From Narcine bancroftii (taxonomy: Eukaryota), in NCBI RefSeq assembly GCF_036971445.1, contig NC_091472.1, positions 91,388,001 through 91,452,000 of the forward strand: a stretch of 64,000 nucleotides of DNA, given 5' to 3'. The notes beneath the pieces are model-generated. The model did not search any database, was not told the origin of the DNA, and worked only from the letters and a program-made list of their open reading frames with translations. The position numbers and the translations under genes are program-made. Shown here piece after piece: positions 49,701 to 61,574 of the stretch. Position 1 is the first letter of the stretch, and each line of letters begins with the position of its first letter.

Positions 49701-52108
49701 GTCGTCAACTGGAGACTCCACCACCTAAAAGGTTGGCTGATTAAAAAAAAATTATCAGAGTGTGGAGTTTCAGCATCTTTCCCAACCCTGTAATAGAGCA
49801 AAATGTTGTTTGGTTCCCATTTTGTTCCCTCCAAATCTCATAACCCCTTCCTATCACTGTTTGGTAATGAGGTAAAGTTAAACCTAACAAGCTGGATCAG
49901 TCAATTATGAACTTTACAGTTTAGAGTTATGGAAATTAGAAGGTGGCTCGGACGAGGAAAAACATCTATCCCAAATGCCTGCACTATAGCTTATAACTAC
50001 AAGGAGAACTATGTTTTGTAACAAGATCAAATTAATAAAGCTCTTGTGTGACCTGCAAATAAGAAGCTACTTTTCATTGGCATACCCATCTTATACATTA
50101 TCAACCTCTCTGGCCTATTCTTTCTTTTGGGACATTTAGATCATAACTAACTAATCAACTCTATGTTGAAAGCAGTGGTGGTAACAAAGCAGGAAATATC
50201 TCAGAGATATAATCTGTTGACAGAAATACTGATCCTTTAGTACAGTACTAAGGGCATGCTCCACTGCTGGAGATGTTTGTAGATGAAGCATTAAACAAAA
50301 AATCCCCAATATATAAAAGTTCCAGAAAATTGTTCATAACCCAAATTTTTAGCAAGTTGCAAATGAATAAAAATTGTGTTGGAGAGGACCGCATAAAGAG
50401 CTGTGATGGGAATGTGACCGGATGCGGGAAGAGTGGCTGCTAGTCGGGCCCTCAGTGACTGAACCCACTGAACTCTCCCATCTGGACACACCCGCTGATT
50501 GTCGCAGTCTGTGTGGGGGTGCATTTGTTTGTGGGTAGGTGGGGGTGAAAGGAAGAGATGTTTCCACCTGGCAGTCCCACTGCAGCTGGCAAATCTGCTC
50601 CCATTCAACTACTAATTCCCACCAAAAATAACACCGTCATCTCAGCAGCTGCATAGACTCTACACTAGTAGAGTAAATCTACATCAGTGACTCGCCTCAC
50701 AGACACACCTGTGAAGCTCACCTATAAAGTTAGCAAAGCTTTATTTGTTTCAAAAATGTTTTAAAATTCATCTGAAAAACTTTGTTGAGCTGAAGATTCA
50801 TAGATCAGGAGTTTTGGAATTTGGGGACTGCTGCAAGACGCCCATCTGCCCTAAAGGCGGACAAAATCAATTTCACGGTGCCATGAGGAAAACAGCAGAG
50901 TTATATCTAGTGACTGAGAGATCATTCACCCCACTGTCATCATCACAAAAACACATTCTCCAGACCATTACACTGGAGTTAAGAGCTTGCTCTGTGCACA
51001 TTGGCTGCTGCTTCTCTTGCATTGCAACAGTAAAGTCATAGAACTTTACAGCCAGTCATGTCAACTTGACTATGCCGATCAAGTTGGATGCCTCGGCTGG
51101 TACCATTTGTCTGGCTTTGGCCTATGTCCTTTTAAACATTTTCTACCCATTGGCCTGTCGCAATATCTTGAACTTTGCAATTGCACCCACCTCTACTAAT
51201 TCCTCTGGTAGCTTGTTCCACATATCTACCATCCTGTAAAAAAGATTACCCTTTTATGTCTTTCCAATTTTACCTTAAATCTTTATCCTCCAGTTTGGGA
51301 CTCCTCAACCCTCTGAAAAAGACTTTGACTAGTTACTGTATCTATGCTGCTCATGGTTTTAGATAGCTCTCTCTATTCAGTATCACCCAGCCTCCTACTT
51401 TCCAGGGAAAAAAACCCCAGTCTAACTAGCCACTTATAACTCAAACCTGCTTGTCCTCGCATCATTTTGTTAATGTTTTCTCCACCTTTTCTAGTTTAAT
51501 TACATATTTCCTATAATACTACAAAAATAGTGTCTTCTGATCCTTTTATGTTCAGTTCAAATTGATGCCTCAATGAAAATGCAGCACCCCTTGAGTATTG
51601 CAATGGAGTTTTACTAACCAATCTAGAACTGACTCATTGCTTTGCTTTATTTCCATATAATATCCTAGATCCCACACAATGGTTTACAACTTTACCAGTT
51701 CTTTAGAAGATCAGCATTTCTGAATCCAGTCAATGAAAAGCAAATGACACTGCTTCTTGTGAAGGCTTCTATCCCTCCTTTTTTCTTTGCCCATTTTGTT
51801 TGCTGAGGAGCTGGTTTCATACCACTGTAGCCTCTCAGGTGAGTGAGGTCAGCAAAACTTTCATGAACATGTTGATGTTTTTTTCTGCACCCTGCAGCTG
51901 AAGATCTTTGGGCTCCAGTGGAACTGCATTATAAGTCCCAGAGGACAGAATAATAATTCAGATAGTAATAAAGATCATTCTATTTACAACAAACAAAGAA
52001 AATCAACCCCCCACTAGCTTTAATTGGTCAATTATATAAGGCTCAGTAAACATTGTTAGGGTTTGTATTAATGTAAGTGCAAGCCTGTGTACGTCTGTGT
52101 GCATATAT

Positions 52109-53650
52109 CTTTGGTTTGGAGGGGTAATGTCCACGTCAGCTGCAGGCTCGTTTGTGGCTGACAAGTCCGATGTGGGACAGGCAGACATGCTTGCAGCGGT
52201 TGCAAGGGAAAATTGGTTGGTTGGGGTTGGGTGTTGGGTTTTTCCTCCTTTGTCTTTTGTCAGTGAGGTGGGCTCTGTGGTCTTCTTCAAAGGAGGTTGC
52301 TGCCCGCCGAACTGTGAGGCGCCAAGATGCACGGTTTGAGGCGATATCAGCCCACTGGCAGTGGTCAATGTGGCAGGCACCAAGAGATTTCTTTAGGCAG
52401 TCCTTGTGCCTCTTCTTTGGTGCACCTCTGTCTTGGTGGCCAGTGGAGAGCTCGCCATATAACACGATCTTGGGAAGGCGATGGTCCTCCATTCTGGAGA
52501 CGTGACCTACCCAGCGCAGTTGGATCTTCAGCAGCGTAGATTCGATGCTGTCAGCCTCTGCCATCTCGAGTACTTCGATGTTGGTGATGAAGTTGCTCCA
52601 ATGAATGTTGAGGATGGAGCGGAGACAACGCTGGTGGAAGTGTTCTAGGAGCCGTAGGTGATGCCGGTAGAGGACCCATGATTCGGAGCCGAACAGGAGT
52701 GTGGGTATGACAATGGCTCTGTATACGCTTATCTTTGTGAGGTTTTTCAGTTGGTTGTTTTTCCAGACTCTTTTGTGTAGTCTTCCAAATGTGCTATTTG
52801 CCTTGGTGAGTCTGTTGTCTATCTCTTTGTTGATCCTTGCATCCAATGAAATGGTGCAGCCGAGATTGGTAAACTGGTTGACCGTTTTGAGTTTTGTGTG
52901 CACGATGGAGATGTGGGGGGCTGGTAGTCATGGTGGGGAGCTGGCTAATGGAGGACCTCAGTTTTCTTCAGGCTGACTTCCAGGCCAAACATTTTGGCAG
53001 TTTCCGCAAAACAGGACGTCAAACGCTGAAGAGCTGGCTCTGAATGGGCAACTAAAGCGGCATCGTCTGCAAAAAATAGTTCACGGGCAAGTTGCTCTTG
53101 TGTCTTGGTGTGAGCTTGCAGGCACCTCAGATTGAAGAGACTGCCATCCGTGCGGTACCAGATGTAAACAGCATCTTCATTGTTGAGGTCTTTCATGGCT
53201 TGTTTCAGCATCATGCTGAAGAAGATTGAAAAGAGGGTTGGTGCGAGAACGCAGCCTTGCTTCATGCCATTGTTAATGGAGAAGGGTTCAGAGAGCTCAT
53301 TGCTGTATATGACCTGACCTTGTTGGTTTTCGTGCAGTTGGATAACCATGTTGAGGAACTTTGGGGGGCATCCGAGGCGCTCTAGTATTTGCCAAAGCCC
53401 TTTCCTACTCACGGTGTCGAAGGCTTTGGTGAGGTCAACAAAGGTGATGTAGAGTCCTTTGTTTTGTTCTCTGCACTTTTCTTGGAGCTGTCTGAGGGCA
53501 ACGACCATGTCAGTAGTTCCTCTGCGCGAAAGCCGCACTGTGATTCTGGGAGAACATTTTCGGCGACACTAGATATTATTCTATTTAGGAGAATCCGAGC
53601 GAAGGTAGAGCGAAGCAGGCAGAGGCCCCGGTCCGGGCAGAAAGAAGGAG
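52109..53650 (-). mobile_element. RTE-clade (BovB-like) LINE, 5'-truncated, young
   Basis: Long clean ORFs 52945-53538 (FVDLTKAFDTVSR, KQGCVLAPTLF, FADDAAL) and 52136-52903 (RWVGHVSRMEDHRLPK, C-terminal zinc finger); 8-bp TSD GCATATAT at 52101-52108 and 53651-53658. Confidence 0.95.
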
Positions 53651-54309
53651 GCATATATAAGACACCCTTAATGAACAGGGATATACACATACTACACATG
53701 AAATTTATATTGTATACACATTTTAATATTATGCACATGAGTGCATTTAGCAAATTTATTCATAAAAATGTGTGAAAATATATGTAAATATACAGAAGAA
53801 ACTCAGCAGATCCTTCCGCATCCATAGAAGCCAAAGATATAACCAAAGCTTCGGACTCTGAGCCTTTTGTTTCTCCAGCACTTTTGTGTATTTACTACAA
53901 TAACAGCAACTGCAGTCTATCTCATTTCACTGTGAAACTGTGTAAGGAGAAAGGATAATTAGAGGTGGTGTTATGATAGAGATCTGCTGTGACATGAAAA
54001 GAAGTAGAAGAGGCTCAAGGGATCCATGCCATTTCAGGTACAGAAGATTCATGAAGCAATTACATCTTGGTGGTTTGCTCCCCTACAGCATGGATGCTTT
54101 TTGCTACATTAAAAATACTGAACTTGGTGTCAGGGTAGGATGAATTAAAACACATGATGAATCTCTTAGGCATCTTCCAGTTGCTGAATGTAGTGTAGGG
54201 CATTTGAAATAGTCTGTACCATCCCCACTCCCATCCCAAATACAGACAAAATTTTTCAGGGATCCTGCAATAGCTGTAGTGATTAGCATAAACATGTCAG
54301 CAGGGTGAG

Positions 54310-55275
54310 CAACCAGATGACATGGTCCATGTAGGACAAATGATGTGGGAGGGAAGGATGAGGAGGTGCTGCAAGGAGAGTTCAGGAAGCTAAGCACTAG
54401 GTTGAAGGACAGGACCTCCAGGCTAGTGATCTCAGGATTGCTACCCCTGCCACGTTCTAGTGAGATTAGAAATAGGAGGATAATGCAGCTTAACATGTAG
54501 CTAAAGACATGATACAGGAGGGAGGGCTTCAGGTTTCTGGATCATTGAGTTCTCTTCCAGGGAAGGTGGGATGGTGGAATTATGACATTGTGGCCATTAG
54601 TGAAACTTGGTTTCAGGAGGGGCAGGATCAATGTTCTGAACTTCCGTAGCTTCAGACACAATAGAGGGGGGGGGGGGCGGTTGTGGATGAAAGGAGAAGG
54701 AGTGCATTGCTCGTCAGGGAAAATATCAGAGGTGTGCTCAGGCAGGACAGATCAGAGGGCTCATCTACTGAGGCTATATGGGTGGAGCTGAGGAATGGGA
54801 AAAGTTTGACCACACTCATGCATAGGGATGTATTATAGACCACCTAATAGTCAATGAGAATTGGAGGAGCAAATTTGTAGAGAGATAGCAGACAGCTGCA
54901 GGAAACATAAGGTTGTGATAGTAGGAGATCTTAACTTACAACATTTTGACTGGGACCCATACTGAAAAAGGGCGGAATGGATTGGAGTTTGTCAAATGTG
55001 CTCAGGTAACTTTTCTAGATCAAATAGAGAGTTACCAACAAGAGAGAGTGCCATACTAGATCTCCTATAAGGGAATGAAATAGGACAGGTGACAGAGGTA
55101 TATGTAGGGGAGCATTTTGGGTCCAGTGATCATAATGCCAAGTTAATGATAGAGAAGGGTAAGTCTCTGCCTCAGGTTGAGATTCTCAATTGTAGGAAGG
55201 CCAATTTTGTGAAAATGAAAAAAGATCTAGCATGCGTGGATTGGGATATTGTTTTCAGGCAAGAATGTGCGAGGT
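54310..55275 (+). mobile_element. CR1 LINE 5' fragment (ORF1 esterase domain plus APE start)
   Basis: HVGTNDVG...VISGLLP...REGFRFLDH (SGNH esterase); EAIWVELRN, YYRPPNS, GDLN, GEHFGSSDHN. Confidence 0.85.
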
Positions 55276-56171
55276 AACCCGAGGTAAGGCACCTAATTAG
55301 TTCCATATTCTCCTCATCTCCCTACAGATTTCCAATTAGTTTCACATCTTCCTCTTTACCCCACAACTGCCTCCTGAATTTTGTTCCATTGACTTCCTAT
55401 TGATCCCTTACCCCAGCCTTTTCCCTCACTTTTTACCCCTTAAGACAGTTAATTATTGTAGTTTCCAATAGATCCTGTGGAAATATTTCCAAGAGGCAGG
55501 GCAGATCTCCCCAATGTATTGGCCAAAACTGATCCATCAACTACTGTAACTAAATAGTTGACTATTATGTTAGTTGTGAAAGCTTTCTGTGCAGAAATGG
55601 ACAACTACAATGCAATAGTGACTATATTTCAATATCCTGGTCATGAGAGGCTCAAAATATCTTTTTCATTTAGAAACATTGTGCCTTTTTTTTAATAAAA
55701 AGGTCAGTTCATGGGAAGCAATCACTTTATGCACCCTATACACTTTACAAGATAAGAAGAATGACTTCTGAAGTCGAAAATAATTGAAGCATACGGAAGG
55801 ATAGGCAGCAATCTGGAGAGAGAAGCTGTCAATGGCTCTTTAACTGAAAGTTAAAAAAAAACATCTTGGTTAAAAAGAATGAGGAGGGTCAAAAAAATCG
55901 GTGAGGCTGATAGGTGATATGCTGTTTACTAAACTACCTGATTGATTAACTAGATTAGTTAGAGAAGAGAAAATAAACAAAGCCAGTGAAATACTGGTCA
56001 GAACCATTGCAGAGAAATGAAACCGAAACAAAAATGTTTGACTGCCCAACATATTGCAGAGAAGATCCACAGAGCTGTGTGACACCAGCAACAACAAAGC
56101 ACATGAATCAGGGATCAAAACTAGAGCAGATCTCCAGACAACCTAGCAAGTCAAAGTTAATGATGCCTCCC

Positions 56172-57300
56172 TTCTAGAACTACCATTCATTGTGTATGTC
56201 CTTTCTTGGTTTGTCCTTCCAAAATGCAAAACCTCACACTTGTCTGCATTAAATTCCATCTGCTATTTTTCCAGCTGGGCAAGCTTTGAAAACTTTCTTT
56301 GCTGTCCACAACACCTCCAATCATAGGGTCATCTGGAAACTTGCTGATCCAATTTACCACTTTATAATCCAGATCATTGATAGAGATGACAAATAACAAT
56401 GGTCCCAGGACCGATCCCTGAGCCATACCACGAGTCACAGGCCTCCAGTCTGAGAAGCAATCATTCACCATGACTCTCTGGCTTCTCCCATCCAGTCATT
56501 GTTGAATCAAGTTCACTATTTCACCATGAATACCTAGTACCTGAACCTTCCTGACTAACTGCCCGTGTGGGACCTTGTGAAAAGCCTTACTAAAATCCAT
56601 GTAGACAACATCCACAGCGTTTCCTTCGACAACTTTCCCGGTATCCTTCTCATAAAACTTTACAAGATTGGTTAAATATGACCTACCACACACAAAGCCA
56701 TCTTGACTATCCCTAATCAGTCCCTCACTATGCAAATAATTGTATATCTGATCTCTTAGGACACCTTCCACTAATTTACCTTCTACTGACATCAGGCTCA
56801 CTGGCCTACAATTTCTAGGATTACTCCTGGAACCTTCTTTAAACAACAGAACAACGAGAGGTACCTTCCAGTCCTTTGGCACAACACCCGTGGCTCTGGT
56901 AATTTTAAATATTTCGGCCAGAGTCCCTGCAATTTCTACACTAGGCTCCCTCAAGATCTGAGGGAATATCTTGCCCGAGGGATTTATCCACCCTTATTTG
57001 CTTTAAGACAGCAGATACCTCCTTCTCTTTAATCTGTATTAGCTCCTCATTTTCCATGAATCTGTGCTCCTTTCCTGAGTGAATACCGATGAAGAAAAAA
57101 CATTTAAGATCTCCTTCATCTCATTTGGCTCCATACAAAGCCGACAACTCTGATCTTCAAAGGGGTCAATGTTTCTCTTGATATAACTTCAGAAATACTT
57201 AGGATTTTCCATCTTCTTTTAGCCATTCTGTTTTCTTTCTTGTTTTCTTGCATTTTTAAATACTCTTCAAGTACCTCATTTGCTCCATGTTGACTGGAGT
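56172..57300 (-). mobile_element. CR1 LINE RT fragment
   Basis: ORF 56496-56954 (VPKDWK...RPVSLMS...YMDFSKAF) and 56187-56471 (QGSVLGPLLF). Confidence 0.92.
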
Positions 57301-57939
57301 AGGACAGGATTGGAACCAATTGAATGTTGGGGGAGGAGGCACAGAGAAGGGAAAGAATTGATTCGACAATGGTTTCTAAGAGCTTTCTTATTCATGATAG
57401 GCTGAATAGTTTAAAGAAGTCTTGAAAGGATGTGACATTGAAGTAGACATTGCAGCATATAATGGGTTCTATCAAACTACACAGTAATCTTTGAAGTAAG
57501 GTATCATTCATTCACTTAGACACAGATCTTTGAGTAAACCACTTAAGTTTGCAGTAGTCATTAACTGAACTGCAAACACAATGCGTTATTAAAATCTCAC
57601 CAGATAAAACAGTTTCTTAAGGTTAGTGGGTTGCTACTTCTTAAGGTGACACTTTCTTAGCAGCTAACAGATATACTGTATGTCACACTAATTTACTTGA
57701 GAGGTTACCAAATCTGTATAAAGGTGTACAATGATGTTAATATAAGCAACAAATATATAATTGTACATAAAACTTGCCAAACTATTTTCCTTTTTTCCTT
57801 GTATTTATTAAAGTACACTTATTCAATATATTTGCAGATGAAATGTTCAAACTTAAATATACTGTAAATTAGAGCTAACTTAACACAAACTGATGTGCCC
57901 ACACAAATATTTATAATCATTCCTTTAAAGAAACAAGTA

Positions 57940-58565
57940 CAGTATTTTTCTGATTATCTGAAATGCTCGGGATTGGAAATTTATTAGTTTACTGCATTTT
58001 CCAGATTTCTGACCTGCAACTCAGTTTAAGCAGTAAAATATTTGTATTCTACTCCCCACCGCCATCACTGAACCTGCCCAGCTGCCCGAGGTCCCTGGTT
58101 GGATCCCCAACAACCCCCCCCTTTGCTGTCACAGAACCTGCCCAGAAAACTCCAATGGAGTTTTCAATGTCATGGCTGCCAACCTGAATACTGGCCCTGG
58201 CTACCAACCCAGTGGAGCTCCCGATGCCATGGTGACCAAACCGAACACTGGCCCCGGCCACCGACTCACCGGAGCCCCCGATGACATGGCTGTCAACTCC
58301 AGCCCTGGCCCCGGCCTGGCCACCTACTTGATGAAGCTCTTGACGCCCCTGCTGCAAATTATAACCCGGACCCCGACCACTTCGTCACTGGAGCTCCTGA
58401 CGCTTTGATCATCAACTCCAGTGTTGAAATAGTCCACCTACCTGCAGGAGGTCCCAACGCTAATACCACTGACTCTCATCTGAGCCCCAGCCGCCCTCGG
58501 GCCGGAGTTTCCTGGGAGCCTGGGTTCCCTGCTCCGATCCCAGCCCAGTTGCATCAGCATAATTC
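57940..58565. mobile_element. Tigger/pogo-like non-autonomous DNA element left arm with GC-rich interior
   Basis: TA|CAGTATTTTTCTGATTATCTGAAATGCTCGGG TIR-like start; interior with 57-bp repeats; right TIR not found. Confidence 0.5.
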
Positions 58566-58599
58566 TTGTAGAATATCAACAAAGAACAGAGGAAGGCTT

Positions 58600-61075
58600 T
58601 TCCCTTTTAAAATATTTTTATAGGTGTTTTACAATATAAACAATTGAGCAATGCAATTATACAATGCGCTACAAGGTTCAAAAAAGAAAAAAATTAAAAC
58701 ATTCTACAATATTGTGATAAGAGAATCCAGAAAAAGGAGCACAATCTTAACAATAAAATAAGATTTAACAACAAAAAAGGTTTACAATTCTTTCTCCTTC
58801 TCTAATAATTTTATCAATTACATTATTCACAGTTATACAAAACAGTTATCTATTATTTTATTAAACAAAAAGAAAAAAACTTTATAAATCAAAACCCCGA
58901 CCACTAAGAATGGTTAAAAAAAAGATATATGGGAATCAAGTGATACCAACCTGGAACCAGACAGCATCGCACCAACACATCTAATCACCTTAGTTCTTTA
59001 GGTTATGATAATGGTCAATAAATGGACCCCACATCTTTTGGAAGTTAATATTTAAATCTTTAATAGCATATCTAACTTTTTCTAGACTTAGATAAGACAT
59101 GATATCACTTAACCATTGTATATGTGTAGGTGGAGAATTGTCTTTTCATTTAATCAAAATTGCACATCTGGTTATCAATGAAGTAAAAGATAAAATTCAG
59201 GTTTAGTTGGAGTCAGTAAAACATCATCATCTTAAAAAGATCCAAATAGAGCAATTAAAGGGCGAGGTTCTAATATGACCTTGAGAATCACCAATAAAGT
59301 TTGAAAGATGTCTTGCCTTAGTCTAGAAAAATTTTGGAAAGTCCAAAAGATGTGAATCAAATTAAGCATCAAAAAGTTTACATTTGTCGCATATATCTGA
59401 ATAAAATCAAGATAATTTAGCTTTAGACATATGTACATATGTATGCTACGGACCACATTAAATTGCAACCAACAATGTCGTGCACAAAAGGAGGTAGAAT
59501 TAATCAGATTACAAATAAGATCCCAGACCTCATCCGAAAATTATAAATTCAAATCTTGTTCCTAGTCATTCTTGATTTTAACTAGCAAGGCTATTCTTAA
59601 GTCCAAGAAATTGTTATAAATAATTGATATTGAACCTTTATGAGAAGGCTGTAAATCAAAAAGTAAATCACGAATATTTGCCTCAGGAATTCATGGAAAA
59701 TCAGGGTCTTAGATTGAGCAAAATGTCTAACTTGTAGACATCTAAAAAAATGAGTGATAACTTAAATTTTACCACCAGTTGTTCAAAGAAAGCAACATTG
59801 CTTTGAATAAAAAGATTTTTTAAACATTTAACACCTAATCTATGCCAGTCCTTAAAAACAGTATCTCGTAAAGAAGGCTGAAAAAGATAATTAGATTCAA
59901 GGGAAAATCTCTGAAACCAAAAAACTTTCTCAATTGTGCCCATATTCTCAAACTATGTCTGATTATCAGATTATCAGTCATCCCTAGAATTGCCAACATA
60001 GATGGGCTTTGAGTAAAATTCAATTACATTTCTACCCATGAAGGGCGGTCAATTAATTTAGCAAAATGTAACAAAAGAAGAAAAATATGTATATTGACTG
60101 CCCAGTGATAAAATCTAAAATTAGGAAATGCCAATCCACCATTTCATTTTTGAATATTTTATTTAATTTGATTGCATACATGCAGTAATAATAAATGCCA
60201 TAATAATACAAATGCCAAAAGAAACAATCTGATTACAGGCATCCCTAAATCTCCTATTCCCTCCCACCCAACCAGCACCCCCCCAAGAAAAAAACTACGG
60301 AATAAAATTAAAATAACTTTATAGGTATAAACAAAGAGAAATAAAAGAAAGAAAAATCAGAAACTTGCACCAGTTTATAACCCCCAGTTCTAATATAGCC
60401 ACATAGAGGAGAAAATATTGTAGGATCAGAGGCTCAAAAGAATTTGTTACAACTCAATCCCATAATTTGGGTGTACGGGCACCAAATTTGTAAAAACATC
60501 AGAGTATTTATTCCTCAAATTATAAGTATCTTTTCTCTAAAGGGATACAACTTTGAATTTCAACATGGCATCTGAACAGATTCAAAGATGTATCAGATTT
60601 CCAAGTAATTATAACACATTTCCTTGCTATTGCTAATGCTAATTTGATAAATTCCATTGATAAAATGTTCACCTTAATTTTGGTCTTGTGTCCTCAATAT
60701 TACCGACTAAAAATAAATCCTGACTTTGTGGAAAAACAACACCTGTAACCTGTCCCAAAAAAATTACATAAATGTTCCCAAAAGGGCCTTACATTGGGAC
60801 AGGACCATATTGATCCTACTTCTTGACCACACCTAAAACAATGATCTGATAAATTCAATTTCAATCTATTCACCTTCTGTGGTGTAAGATGTAATTGATG
60901 TAATCGATAACGCACATTAATAGAATTAGTCATACCAATCCACCATTCCTTTTGGTTTTTTGAAGATGAGCTTCAAAAAGTTAACATATGTGTGATGAGT
61001 TGAGTCATATCAAGATTGGGAAGGGTAGTAATTAAAAATAAGTGAGGGTGTTTTCTTTCCCATATGTAGGAAGAT
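58600..61075 (-). mobile_element. L1-clade LINE 3' portion (host of a nested L1)
   Basis: T-rich tail ~58600-58630; HSLRIWAQLRK, LLQFNVVR; KAHLQKTKRNGGLAFPNFRFY rejoins across the nested insertion. Confidence 0.85.
60144..60934 (-). mobile_element. Nested L1-clade 3' fragment with 13-bp TSD
   Basis: CCAATCCACCATT at 60131-60143 and 60935-60947; ORF 60700-60933 (INVRYRL..LHLTPQK..CFRC..WSCP). Confidence 0.85.
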
Positions 61076-61091
61076 ATAAATGAATCAAGTA

Positions 61092-61560
61092 CAGTACAAC
61101 TCCAATTATCCAAAATCAGATTCTCTGAAAATCTCATTTATCAATTTAAAAAAAAAATTCAGATAAATGAGGATATCCGAAACAAATCAGAAATCCTCAT
61201 TTATCTGAAATTTTTTCAGAGCCAAACTGACCTCACAGGTAGAAAAAAAAATTCACCTGTCATGAATTTAGAGTGACGATAGTCCTTGTTTCAGTTAACT
61301 CCCTTCCCTCTCTCATTCCATTTCTTTACCTTCCCCTATTGATTTTTTTCTCCAACTCTCCCTCTCAAACTGTGCGCCGCTGTCTCCCAGCTGCAAGCAG
61401 TCAGAAGAATCCCTTGACCCAGAGTTATCAAGGAGAGCGGCCTCACAGGCAGGATTGGGGACATTGAGCTCCTGAGCGGGAGTGGGACCTCAGGCTCAGT
61501 GGCATTCCCTCCCCTTCATTCCCCTTCTATCCCCTTCCCTCCCTCCCTCCTTGGCACACT
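61092..61560. mobile_element. Tigger/pogo-like non-autonomous DNA element left arm
   Basis: TA|CAGTACAACTCCAATTATCCAAAAT TIR-like start with repeated TTATC(C/T)GAA subterminal motifs; abuts the Gypsy element. Confidence 0.5.
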
Positions 61561-61574
61561 GGATGCTGACGCCG

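Noticed and set aside
49176-49793. 205-aa plus-strand ORF
   Set aside because: Antisense to CR1 ORF2; no recognisable domain
51780-51900. Plus-strand donor CAG|GTGAGT (~51839) and acceptor CCCTGCAG (~51897)
   Set aside because: The implied intron of ~59 nt is too short for a vertebrate and there is no supporting ORF
57400-57935. AT-rich repeat-free stretch with TGTACATA and ATTAAA as a possible 3' UTR
   Set aside because: No linked exon or ORF; such motifs are common in AT-rich DNA
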